Assembly (NCBI GenBank): GCA_963702205.1
Contig: OY969724.1
Span: 2,560,001 to 2,624,000, forward strand
Origin: an uncultured candidate division Zixibacteria bacterium
Lineage (GTDB): Bacteria > Zixibacteria > MSB-5A5 > GN15 > PGXB01
Direction: 5' to 3'
DNA length: 64,000 nt
The notes below the pieces were generated by a model. That model saw nothing but the letters and a program-made list of their open reading frames with translations, was not told the origin of the DNA and searched no databases. Numbering within the stretch: position 1 is the stretch's first letter; each line of letters starts with the position of its first letter. Both the position numbers and the translations under genes were made by a program. Below, one piece after another: positions 10,601 to 20,722 of this stretch.

Positions 10601-12894
10601 GATTCATAAAGCTCATTGTTGTCATATATGGTCACGTATTCATCGGTCGACGTCAGCGTCGCCGTGATGTTATTACAAACATCGGGACCGACGTTTTTAA
10701 GCGTGACGCCGAGCAGAATCGTTTCGCCATAGTCGATCATACCGTTATTGTTGCCGGTACCATCGTTGACGACGCTGCCGTCATAAACCAGAAACGGTCC
10801 GTTGGGAGCAATCACCGTAACGGTCGAAATATAGGGCTGACGGTTCTGCGCCGTCACGACGATGTCGGCTTCACCGGGGATACCGAACGGACTCAGAGGA
10901 ACGTCGACCGCGCCGGTTTCATCGATATATGCCGAGCCATACAGGACGCCGCCGCGCGACATGGCTACGAACGATCCGGGATCGGCTTCCACCGTGAACG
11001 AAGTTGCCGAAAGAAGGACGGTCGAAGAATGGCTTACGTTATTCACGGTCGGAACACCCAGATAGGTCATGACCGAGGGGTCGCCCATGAGGGTGTAAAT
11101 TTCCCAGTAATAAGTGACGCGGGAGCCGCCTTCGGTAACGGCCAGATCGCCCGCGAAAATTATGGCGTCATTGGTGACGAATTGCTTCGTAACCGGTTCG
11201 CCGTGTTCGTGGAAAATGCCATCGTAGGCGCCTTGAGTGGTTTCTTCATAAGTGGGGCCTGCGCCGACAACCGGGCCGTAGCCAACGCCCCAATAATAGT
11301 CTTCATCCCAATAGGTGGAGTTGGTACCGCCGATATATCCGATACCGCCTTTGTCGACGACGCGCAGGAAGGCTTCGCCGAAGCAGGGGGTGCCTTCATC
11401 GAAGGTATTCGAAAGACAGCAGTTACCGATACCGAGAAGGTATTTATGATAGTTGGTCAGGCCGGGAATGTCGCTGGTCGTGAACGACGGGTCGGCATGA
11501 CCTTCGTGGCTGCAGTGAGCGGTATAATTGTAAAGACCGACACCGTCGCTGACGGTTTGAATGATGGCAGCGGCGGCACCGCTCTGATCGGAAGCCGGAT
11601 ACAGCCAGACGTTGGGCGTGATACCGTGGGCGGCATTGAAATAATAATCCGTGCCGTAGTTGATCTGTCCGTTTCCGTGCGTGATAGCATAAGTTCCGTC
11701 CACACCCGAAACAAGTGTAACGTTCTCAAGATAGCTCGGGTCGGGCATCAGGTATTGTTCATATTCGAGAGTTTTATCTATCTGCGGCTGCAATTCAGAA
11801 GGCTGTGACGCCGAAAAGCGGCCGTAATAAATTTCAGGAAGATTATCGCCGGTAAATTCGCAATAGTACAGATCGCTGACATGACTGCCGGCCGTGCCGG
11901 GCCACGGATCAATCTGCTCGGCGTCGCCGACGAACAAAACGAACGAAGGTGAGGGGTCTTCAGGAGTACCGGCGTTATAACAACTGTCGATATAATCTTT
12001 GATGTCGGCGCGGGCCGTTCCGATCTCATCGGTATAGGCCGTAACGACATGAAAGCCCTTCTTGGTTTTCCATTCGATAAAGGGCTGAAGCTGAGCTTCG
12101 AACATGCGGTCGGAAATTATCAAATACTTGACCGGGTACTTTACCAGATTGTTGGAATCGCTGACTTTGCTGTAATCTGACAGACCATCAAAGTTGCAGA
12201 TTGTCTGGTAGATCGGTTCAAAGTATGGCGAATAATGATCGTAATACAGGTCTTCGGTAGCCTGTTCGTCACCGCCGACGAAATCGATCTGCAACGTGAT
12301 CTCACGAGTCACCTGCAATGTGTTTTCGACGGGATCATAGGCAAAGGGAGCGACCGATACCATGCCGAGGTGCAATCCCCGGAGAGTTCCGATAACCCTG
12401 GTTTGAGTTTCATCAAGGCTATATAATCCGGGCTGGTCGTAGGCCGCCGTATTATAGTGGAATTCAACGTCCTCGGGACGTTCCGATTTGGACAATGACG
12501 GCTGAGCCGGCATTACTTTTTCGGTGATTCCAAGGTCTTGCAGCCGGATCTCTTCGGTCTGGCGGTCGATAACGGTGGCCACCACTTCGCTGTTCAAAGG
12601 AATGGCCAGCAATTTGTTCAGGACGGGCAAATCGGGATTTCCGAAATCCTGAGACCTGACGAAGCGATCAACCCGGGGAAGGACGAATTTGCCTTCGCGG
12701 GTCATAACGGGAACGAATTCAACACTGCCCACGTTAACCTTGACGGTTACGGAAGTGGGGCTTTGATCCAGGATCGTCAGTCCCGATGGTTCATTATTCA
12801 GAACCACCGTTTCGCCGGCCATGGCGGGCAGGGCCAGACCGGCCGCCAGGATTACCAGCAATCCCAGCAGCAGCATACCTCTTGTAGATTTCAA
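7636..12894 (-). CDS. Secreted C25 gingipain-family cysteine peptidase (Kgp-like) with propeptide, C25_C, CARDB-like, MAM-like and Ig-like domains and a C-terminal dockerin-like domain
   Basis: TTG start with AGGAGG RBS; signal peptide; VLFVGDA, YTAHCS (His codon 11515-11517), IGNCC (11416-11427), YWDEDYYW and MGDPS motifs; dockerin-like tail. Confidence 0.93.
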   Translation of the reverse strand: MKSTRGMLLLGLLVILAAGLALPAMAGETVVLNNEPSGLTILDQSPTSVTVKVNVGSVEFVPVMTREGKFVLPRVDRFVRSQDFGNPDLPVLNKLLAIPLNSEVVATVIDRQTEEIRLQDLGITEKVMPAQPSLSKSERPEDVEFHYNTAAYDQPGLYSLDETQTRVIGTLRGLHLGMVSVAPFAYDPVENTLQVTREITLQIDFVGGDEQATEDLYYDHYSPYFEPIYQTICNFDGLSDYSKVSDSNNLVKYPVKYLIISDRMFEAQLQPFIEWKTKKGFHVVTAYTDEIGTARADIKDYIDSCYNAGTPEDPSPSFVLFVGDAEQIDPWPGTAGSHVSDLYYCEFTGDNLPEIYYGRFSASQPSELQPQIDKTLEYEQYLMPDPSYLENVTLVSGVDGTYAITHGNGQINYGTDYYFNAAHGITPNVWLYPASDQSGAAAAIIQTVSDGVGLYNYTAHCSHEGHADPSFTTSDIPGLTNYHKYLLGIGNCCLSNTFDEGTPCFGEAFLRVVDKGGIGYIGGTNSTYWDEDYYWGVGYGPVVGAGPTYEETTQGAYDGIFHEHGEPVTKQFVTNDAIIFAGDLAVTEGGSRVTYYWEIYTLMGDPSVMTYLGVPTVNNVSHSSTVLLSATSFTVEADPGSFVAMSRGGVLYGSAYIDETGAVDVPLSPFGIPGEADIVVTAQNRQPYISTVTVIAPNGPFLVYDGSVVNDGTGNNNGMIDYGETILLGVTLKNVGPDVCNNITATLTSTDEYVTIYDNNELYESIEGNFGTKYIADAFSFKVASSVPDKHKLTFSLELYGTDKWDTTWVTNFNLTAHAPNMQFVSVNVADVGGNGNGILDPGESGELVVTMQNVGSGQASDVAVSLSETDPYGTIADDYGFIGLIDSAGGTGDNAGDVFSVSADQTCPMGYEMTFDLTITGAGNYFYVTQFSIIVGDREPLFTDDFSSDQGWTGFNGSAEWTRGVPNGGPGGDSNGGPDPASDHSATEDNMVLGNDLTAGDGDYSSGLSGTQWVTSPIIDCSDYSSVQITFWHWLGIESSTYDHAYFQVYDGTSWVSMFENASTTLDEQNWLESFYDLTEYADDNPDFRIRFGLGSTDGSVQLCGWNIDDIVIKGYNQATGTPAMAMGTSSFEESMDIDASVEHTIHIDNSGDGRLKVKFLSEECSWLQHYTGFNYIQPGGSADFAFTINTNTMCTGDYNGALNYETNDPAHLSGSVPVSLHVFPPQSAFSHEPIADSLDPDQTSAAALAIDNGGQGTLKIQFSSDVDWLEFNADQNVIAPSGNLDFDLTFNSAGLAPGVYSGNLSYTSNDPDDLEGNIPVTLNIYAPTMTVDMLTLDETIAIGESGTFPIGIDNSGPGALVYTVGCVMYSKNGRTVPVTVATETERQPIGFKLMDADKDGGTMEPIYAPQDKSNGGPDAFGHNWVDSDDPQATPYSWVDISASGTDIQAGPDALGDDGFAGPIDIGFAFPFYDNVYTQLYVSSNGVISFGAGTTSRSNDNIDSLNAPNDILALWWDDLDPRKGGNIFYYYDAANGYFVVTYSDIRNYAFPDGTGSLNCQAILYPSGKITMQYAAMDPGVDNLEGASVGLKNFDGTDHLVIVKNAAYMHNDLAVHITAGGWLDVQPRGGSIAPYSNTSLEITLDAAELDYGTFTGQIEISSNDPANPMHAIPVTMTIGDSWICGDVDGSGTPEINLIDILYLIDFLYGDPPGDAPPVMDAADVDASGHVDLVDILTIIGVIYNDTGEFICP

Positions 12895-13123
12895 GTCAGC
12901 CTCCTATATAGTTACTCACATAAAATTAATTCCTCAAAGAGTATGTAATTTGGCCAATAGCCTGGCTCAATTTATAGCAAATGCAGTACTATATTAGTCT
13001 GGTTACAGAAAATGATCCGGGTGCCATAACATAAAGGCAGGAAATTAATTAAGGTGCCCGAAAGACACCGTGTCAAAGTCACTTTTTAGCTCTCCAAAAG
13101 CTTGCAAGTATAATTCCTTCATT

Positions 13124-13151
13124 AATATATAATATATACCATGTTTGTCAA
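13124..13151 (-). promoter_or_regulatory. Putative sigma70 promoter for the C25 gene
   Basis: Minus strand TTGACA (13146-13151), 16 nt, TATATT (13124-13129). Confidence 0.55.
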
Positions 13152-13189
13152 TATTGAATTACCGGTCAACTAAAAACATTTTTATGGAT

Positions 13190-13222
13190 AAAAAAAGGAC
13201 GGCCGTGAGGGCCGTCCTTTTT
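13190..13222. terminator. Intrinsic terminator
   Basis: A-tract, GGACGGCC-gtgag-GGCCGTCC, T-tract, just downstream of the GEVED gene stop. Confidence 0.88.
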
Positions 13223-13244
13223 ATCTAAGTCAACAGACTATCAG

Positions 13245-16200
13245 TTATTGCTGTTGAATCGGCGGAATACAGCTCGGGTTTGCAGCGTCCTGATAGATTG
13301 CGGAAATCAGAACGAGAACGTCGAGCAGGTTCATGTCGCCGCTGCAGTCGGTATCACCGGTGGCAATACCCGCAATAGGGGGCTCACCGCCGTTGTAGAT
13401 GTGACCCAACAGCAACAGAATATCCAGCAGGTTGAGGGCCTGGTCGCCGTTCACATCACCGAGAGTATGACCGACAAAGGTCAGTTCTCCGGTCATTTCG
13501 AACGACGAGGCGTCAGTGTATTGTCCGCTGAACGTATAATTCTGAGTCGAGGTGTTATACAGAATACCATAGGAAGCCACAAATGCATTGAGGCTTACGG
13601 TAACGTGCATAACTTCACCCGAAAAGTTGGGATAACTCGGCAGGAATTCCACGCCCATCGGGGCACAACTGGCGTTGACCATCATCGAGCTTTCATCCAT
13701 CTCGTGCATGTCATGGGTCGGATCTGCATTCTGGCCAATATAAAGATGGGCAACAGGTGCATCCGGATTCGGAGCCGCGTAGGCCATCATGGCGAACAGC
13801 GGATCCGGACTGACATCGGTGGTCAGAGGCTCGAAAGCTTCGGCCACGGTAAGCGTATAGTCTTCGACTTCACCGTAAGTGGTGCTGCCGCACGGACCGG
13901 GGAAACTCGAGTAATTGATACGAACTCTCATCATACAATCACCGGGAGTCTCATCGGAAGGAACGGCCACCGTACCGGAGTACGGGCCAATGCTTGGATT
14001 TACATCCATGGCAACCAATTCGGATGCGTCAAAGACCAAATCGCGGTTCCAGTCAACCCAAACGGCACAATAGTCGGAACTGTAACCATTACCGTTGCCA
14101 ACCGAGATAGCATAGCTTTCACCAGGCGTCACTTCGGTGGACATATCGGTATAGTCGCCGTATCCGGTGCATGCCGTGGCATTGTCGATACTACCAATAG
14201 TGACCTGCGAGATATACTCATCGCAGCCACCGCTGGCGGCACAAGCAACAGCCTGGGTCGGCGTGCAGTCGACTGTAAAGTAGTACTCGACACCCGGGCA
14301 CGGATAGTTGGAACCCGATGCCAGGAGAGCCAGGACAATGTAATCACCGGGACCAAGGGTCACGCTGAAGCTGAATTCTTCGCATTCATCGGCGGAATAA
14401 TAATCGCCCAGATAACCGGTCGTATTATCGCAGCCGCCGACACCCGGAACAGTCTGCTCGGCAAAGCCGCAGAGCCAGGTGCCTTCACCCTGACCGGAAA
14501 TGGTCACTTCTGACCATTCGTCGAGGTGGAGGGTAAACCAGTCAGTGTCACGATAAGCGCTGCCCGCATAAGTATAATTATTCAGGTTGCCGCAAATCGT
14601 TTCACCGCAGGAAACCGTCTGGAATATCGCCGGGTCGCCGTTACAACCGCCGTTGGTCGTGTCTTCACCATCATCGGGAATACAGTCTTCACCTTCCGGC
14701 GTGTTCGGAGTCGGGCAGGTAATCTGGCACGGTCCCGCGGCCGGTGCGATGGTGAGAGTGAATTCACCGATACAATCCGGTGTAGGATAGGTGTCGATCA
14801 TCAGGTAACAGATACCTGCAGGAAGCGAAACGCCTTCGAGGACCTTATCGGCCGAGGAGCCGGTGATATAGGCGATACAGGTCGTACCATCATCGGGGCA
14901 GGTCGTGAAGACCGCTACACCGGTCCAGGTGGAGTCAGATGTCAAGGAAATATCGACATCCATCGCACCGTCAACGTCGAGGGCATAAATAATGTCTTCG
15001 CCGCCGTCGTACGAACCCAGACAGGTCGCGTCATAATTATTACCGCGATCGCAGGTGTAGTTGGTATTCACAAAGCTGTTATTTTCCGGTCCGCCGGTCA
15101 TATCATCGGGGAGCTTAACCACGTAAGGATCATCGCAGTTGTCACCGGGGCTGGCCAGAACGCAAGGATTATCCGTGCAGTTCTTTGTTCCATCCCAGTT
15201 CCCACCGAGGGCGGCACAGTCGAAATATGACATGTCGCCGCATTCTGAGCCTGCGGGATAGCCATAGCAGCAACGACCGTCGGGAGCAGCAACGGCTTCG
15301 ATAGTCAGGTCAAAGTCCGGAATACAATAATACGGGCTCGGCCAAATATCGACAACCATGTAGTATGTTCCTGCAAATACGTTGATTGGCCCCGACGAGT
15401 AAGCCGTGGTGCCGCTACTTCTCATGTAGAAAACGCAGGCACCGCTGCCCCCTCCACTCGGAGGACAATCTTCACGCATTTCCAGATAAGTCCAGGAAAC
15501 ACCCTTGGGATCAAAGGTGAAATTGAGGGTCATGTCTTCGGTAAAGGTCACCTGATAAACCATGTCCTCATCACCGCCATAATACTGGCCATAACACATA
15601 TCGGCAGCGGGATAGTTATTACCACGGCCGCATGTATACTGGTTGTAATTAGTGTACGGAAGGTCGGCGGATCCAAGCGTCAAGACGTAAGGATCTTCGC
15701 AGTTATCACCGGGCGTGACGGGAACGCAGGTAAAGGTTGCGCAATCCTGACCGCCGTGATAAATGCCGGTGCCACCGTACATTGCCAAACATGTGGCTTC
15801 ATCGGGCGTATTATTGCAATCGCCGGTAGCGGGATCGCAGCAGGCGCCGCCCGTGACGACGTCGATAACCAATTCGGTATTACCGACATTGGTGCTGTAA
15901 CCACCGACTTCGACCAGATAATCCTGACCGCCGACAACCGAGACACCCTCAATTAGAGAGCGTGTCGTCTTGCCGGGACAGCCATCATCGTCAGAGTCAA
16001 TTAAAGTCGGAAGCGGGGAGCACGAATAGCCGTCGTATACAGCCAGCTTGGTGTCGAAATCGGAACCGCACAGGCTGAAATTGGCAACACCGGTTACACT
16101 CGGGGTGTAAACGTACCAGATGTTCTGGCCCGCATATCCGGCTTCATCGGTTCCCGCCATCGACGTGTTGGCCGTGAAGGTTCCTTCACCGATATATTCG

Positions 16201-17766
16201 GGGTTGGAACAAAGATCGTTATCGGGAGGAATGATTTCTTCGGCATTGATTGTGAAATGGAAGTCCATCGGAGCCGGCAAATCGCTTTCGTCGGTCATGG
16301 CCACCAGATAATAGAGGGTGGTCGGACCGGTCATGCCGTCCCAGTTGATGGAAGGCGTGGTATAACCGTCGCCGCAATCACTGAACGCACCCGAAGTATA
16401 CAGGGTATAGTCATCGCACGTGCAGGAATTGTGAACGACGGCGCCGATGGAATAAATTTCGGTCGGCGTATTGCAAAAATCAATATTCAGATTGAAAGTG
16501 CCATACGGGACGTCGAATTTATACCAGACACCATTCCAGTTCGGATTACCAAGTGCGTCCTGAAAGACATCGGGGCAATCGTTGGTAGCGTCGATGGTCG
16601 TGCCGTCGACGGTGATCGGGAAGGATCCGGTCACGTCGATAGCGTCGGCACATTCATCGTTATCCGGAGCGGTCGAAATAGGGCAAGCATCGGCGCAGGT
16701 AAGACCTTCCGACCAGGAAATCATGTCGGGACGGGCCGAGCATTCAAATTCGTATTCTTCCGCGCAGGAAGGAGTGAAGGGGTCGCCAAAACAGCAACGA
16801 CCCGGATTCGGTATCGGGCAAGGGTCGGTCGGTACAGGACAGACCTGGGGCGAACGAAATAAAATCTGACAGAGCCTGACAGTCCGCCGGAAGCATGTCA
16901 GCGCAACTCGGGGCAGTCGGGTCGCCATAACAACAACGGCCGGGAAGGACCGTTTCGTCATAAACGACGACGTTGTCGATACCACCGAGATCGGTGTCTT
17001 CGCCGGTATAGCGCCAAGCCAAGTAAATAGTTTCGCCGGCATAAGCGCTTAAGTCAACCGTGGCGTTAGTCCACTCCATATTGGTATGAGTCTGATCCAT
17101 GGCTTTCCACAGCAGGGTGAAATCGCCGGTGGACATACCGGTAGTGGACACGTAAAGATCAAGGTCGAATGGATAGGTGTCATTGTTCTGGAGATAAATA
17201 AAATCCACAAACAAGCCGCCTGCAACCGATGAAGCATCAATCTGAGGCGTTACCAGCCATTCGTCCTGAATATCTCCTGCATATCCGTAGGGAACCAAGG
17301 CACTCTGGGTGCCACCCGCTGACGGCGTTCCTATGAACCAAGTTAAGAAATCGACATTGGAGACGATTCTGGTCCAGGGAGCCGGAAACGGATCTTCCGG
17401 ATTAGTGGGAGCGTAAGATGAAAAATCATCTTCAAAAAGTGTCGTTTTGGAAGCCGAAGGCTTGTTCGAGGTCAACCTGGTACCCAAAACGGACATACCC
17501 TCGCGGGTCATAAACGGCGCATGGACCTTGTCAACGACATTATTGAGCTTATCCTGCTCAGCCTGAAGCAATGCGGGGTCATCAGTGTTGCTTTCGCCGC
17601 TTTGAACCAACGGCACTTCACCTTCGACGTGAGTAGGCACCACTTCGGCTTTAGAAGTTGTAGGATTCAGGAGCAGAGGCTTTTCCCCGGCTGAAGCCAG
17701 AAGGAAAGATCCCATGACGACGCAAATCGCGAGGATTATCATTAAAGAAACTTTGCTTTTAACCAT
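13245..17766 (-). CDS. Large (~1500 aa) secreted Cys-rich protein: cleaved-adhesin-like domain, 'GRCC' Cys modules, 'GDNC.DP/PDND.C' PPC-like domains, GEVED domain and dockerin-like C-terminus; split by an apparent frameshift at ~16823-16833
   Basis: ORF 16744..17772 carries the signal peptide and first GRCC module (...APGLSCTD). ORF 13245..17042 continues it (DPCPIPNPGRCC...) and contains GEVEDY and the dockerin. Start ATG 17766 has GAGG upstream. Confidence 0.82.
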
Positions 17767-18323
17767 GCACATACCTCTTGGTTAATGATAATGATGGTTA
17801 GTTACAATAACATTTACTTTGTCCCGACCCAGTGATTTTGGCCGGGTGGTCCGAACCAGTAGCACCACCTCCTTGATGATAAATAAATTGGTGTTTACTT
17901 TAACATGCGTAATTAGTTGTACTTATAGATACAATTTTTTGCAGTCTTGTTAATACGCCAAGCCCTACGCGGGACAAGGAAGTACTTTAAAAAGCAATCC
18001 AATTTGACAATTGGACAGGTAACTCCGTAACTTATCAAAATAAACATATTTTTTTAAAATATGTCAAGGCATTTTTGCTCTTAAAACCCCATTTTAAGCG
18101 GTTATCCGCCTCAGATTTAGCGGGTGTTCGATTTATTGTTAAATATTCCGTTGCTCGCTCTCCGTCAGCCAAAACACATATTTCGAATATGACCAATAAT
18201 CCAAAATATTCGCCGATTTAACAATATTAAAATTCAATAAAACAAAAAAGTCCCTGGATTATCTCTTTTAATTCGTAAAATAATATATATCACGATGTTC
18301 AAAATTAAAAAGGAGAATCAAAT

Positions 18324-19307
18324 TTGAATAAAACTCGTCTATTATGCCAAATATTGGTGGTTTTTGCCATAGCTCCGTTGTTTGAGACGGCTCTTTTCGC
18401 TAATGGAGATTCAAATATGACATCGAATGAATTGATTTTATCGGCCGACAGCACATTCAATGCAAGTGAATATGATAAAGCCCGAGAAATATTCGCAAAG
18501 GCCCTGGAAGCCGCTCAAAAAGAGGGCAATAAGTCAAATGAAGTGGAAGCCAACGCGATGCTGGGCCGTTGTTACCTGATTAAAGACGACATGGCTTCGG
18601 GTATGCCTTATCTCAAAGCGGCGGAACAGGATGCCCGGCCGGAAGAACCGGGGGGCTGGTCTCGCTATCTGGGAGTGAGAGGACGCTTTGAATGGCAGCA
18701 GAAGGATCTTGCAAAAGCCACAGAGACTTTCAAAGAAATGTATGATTTCTGTGAAAATAACGATCTGCCGAGCCGTGCCATTGACGCGGCTCATATGGTG
18801 GCCATAACCGGGAGTCCTGAACAACAGATCGAATGGGGCAAGAAAGGCATCGCCGAAGCGGAAAAGAGCCATATTACGCACTGGCTCGGGCCGCTTTGGA
18901 ATAACCTGGGATGGGTCTATGAAGATCGGGGAAATTACCCGGAAGCGCTGGGCGCCTATTTGAAAGCCCGCGAATATCACTGGCAATATGGCACGGAGCA
19001 GAATAAACTCATTGCGGATTGGGCGGTTGGGCACGCTTATATGCTTAACGGCGATTACGATAACGCCGGCAAATGGCTTCGGCCCGTCCTGGCCTGGGCG
19101 GAGCGTATAGAAAATACCGAATTCGTCGGTTTATCATATCGCGATCTTGGTGAAGTCGTTCTGGCGGGAGGAGATTCTACAGAAGCGCTATCTTATTTCA
19201 CAAATGCACTGGACAGTCTAAAAAAAGTCGGAATGCCCGATTGGGATGCCGATGGTTATAAAAAAATCGTCGATAAAATCGCTTCATTAAAGGGAGAATC
19301 TAAATAG
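18324..19307 (+). CDS. Exported tetratricopeptide-repeat protein
   Basis: AAGGAG RBS plus TTG start; signal-like N-terminus; TPR patterns (LWNNLGWVYEDRGNYPEAL, SYRDLGEV). Confidence 0.8.
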   Translation: MNKTRLLCQILVVFAIAPLFETALFANGDSNMTSNELILSADSTFNASEYDKAREIFAKALEAAQKEGNKSNEVEANAMLGRCYLIKDDMASGMPYLKAAEQDARPEEPGGWSRYLGVRGRFEWQQKDLAKATETFKEMYDFCENNDLPSRAIDAAHMVAITGSPEQQIEWGKKGIAEAEKSHITHWLGPLWNNLGWVYEDRGNYPEALGAYLKAREYHWQYGTEQNKLIADWAVGHAYMLNGDYDNAGKWLRPVLAWAERIENTEFVGLSYRDLGEVVLAGGDSTEALSYFTNALDSLKKVGMPDWDADGYKKIVDKIASLKGESK

Positions 19308-19316
19308 GCCTGCATC

Positions 19317-20510
19317 TTATTTATTTTCCGACTGATACTGTTTGAGCATATCCCAGTAATAGTCGTTTTCCGGTTCCTGCTGGATGGCCGCCTGAAGCAT
19401 TTCTATTGCCTGGTCCTGATTGCCTCTATAATGGCAGATTTCGGCAATTGTGCTGTAAACGCGTCCGCGATAATATCCTTCTTTCATGCCACCAACGGCT
19501 GATCGGGCCAGCTGTTCGGCCTGTTCCAGATTTATTTTACGGTCCAGACACCATTTCGCGAATTGAAAACAATGCACCGGATTGTTTTGCCAGTTGTCGC
19601 CGTACGTCGACTGCTTGATCTTCATCGCCGAGGCGGTATCGTGACTGAAGTGCAAAGCATAATCAGCCAGAAGATTAGGGTAATACCTGGCGATGTTGTC
19701 GGCATCGCGGTGCGCCTTGGCGGTGTGAATCCCGGTTTCAAGATAGTTTTTTACATCCTCAAGTCTGCCGACCTTTCGGGCCAGATTGGTCAGGCTGGAG
19801 GCCATACGTACGACATCATAAGGCCGGGCGATTTTGAGGATCGTATCCGCCGCGGGGACGACTTCATCGAACCTGGCCTGATCGTTCCATGAGGCACTGG
19901 CCAGATTGCTGAATATCTGATAAGAATAATTCCGGTGAGCCTGGCCGGACAGCTTTTCCGCCTCGCGGTAATATTTTACGGCTTTCAAATATGCGAGAGC
20001 TTCCTCGAAATAGCGGGCAAGAAATATAGCCGATTCAAAAGTGGGGTTATCCCGTTGCGAGGAAACCCGTTGATCCACGGTCATCGTTTGCAATTGAGCC
20101 TGCTTGAATTGAATCAGGAAACTTCTGGCGTCGGTGTATCCGATCCAGCGATAATAGACATCGCCGGTCGAATCACACAAAATGAAGACGGGGAAGCTAT
20201 AGCCGATTTCGTATTTGGGTGCCAACTCGTAACCTTCACCCTCGCGGGCGTTTAATTTCAGGTGCTCGACGTCTTTAAGCGCCGCAATTATTTCCGGATT
20301 GGAAACGAATTCTTCGTTGGCCTTATGGCAAAACTCGCACGATTCGCGATAGAACTCCATAAGAATTTTCTTCCCCGAAAGGGCAGAGGCCTGCCTGGCC
20401 GCAGCCAGATCGGAATATTCGGCGGCAACCTCGACCGGGCCGAAGATCAATATGACGGCAAAAGAGATAATTAAACTTAAGGCGGTATTATTATTTTTCA
20501 TTTCAAACAT
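19317..20510 (-). CDS. Exported thioredoxin-fold (CxxC) plus TPR protein
   Basis: Signal peptide; KKILMEFYRESCEFC; cis-Pro-like SFPVF; C-terminal TPR-like helices. Confidence 0.78.
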   Translation of the reverse strand: MFEMKNNNTALSLIISFAVILIFGPVEVAAEYSDLAAARQASALSGKKILMEFYRESCEFCHKANEEFVSNPEIIAALKDVEHLKLNAREGEGYELAPKYEIGYSFPVFILCDSTGDVYYRWIGYTDARSFLIQFKQAQLQTMTVDQRVSSQRDNPTFESAIFLARYFEEALAYLKAVKYYREAEKLSGQAHRNYSYQIFSNLASASWNDQARFDEVVPAADTILKIARPYDVVRMASSLTNLARKVGRLEDVKNYLETGIHTAKAHRDADNIARYYPNLLADYALHFSHDTASAMKIKQSTYGDNWQNNPVHCFQFAKWCLDRKINLEQAEQLARSAVGGMKEGYYRGRVYSTIAEICHYRGNQDQAIEMLQAAIQQEPENDYYWDMLKQYQSENK

Positions 20511-20652
20511 TAAATCTTATTCTTTCCGCGTCTATACATTATACTGCAAATAACAAGATCGTTCTGATTTTGTCAAATGGTTAGGTCGGTTCAATGATTC
20601 TTCATGCAAAACGCTGCATCATATACCCATTATTGACGTTGATTTCTAATTT

Positions 20653-20668
20653 CGGCCCTTTTTTTGCA
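20653..20668 (+). promoter_or_regulatory. Putative sigma54 (-24/-12) promoter for the PEP-CTERM gene
   Basis: cGGCCCtttttTTGCa with exact GG-N10-GC spacing, ~55 nt before the ATG. Confidence 0.55.
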
Positions 20669-20722
20669 ATAGTGCTGTCAGGAATAATTTGAACAACAAT
20701 CTTTTTGCATAAGAGGAATGCG

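Noticed and set aside
10336..14513. Long plus-strand ORFs (490 aa and 421 aa) and the many similar short ones in 45-17240
   Set aside because: Antisense or alternate-frame shadows of the secreted protein genes.
16834..17042. N-terminus of the 1265-aa ORF as an independent gene start
   Set aside because: It is out-of-frame text overlapping the upstream ORF; the meaningful sequence begins only at the frameshift.
4079..17766. T9SS C-terminal sorting domains on the peptidases
   Set aside because: The C-termini are dockerin-like EF-hand pairs; no YPNP...K-type CTD was seen.
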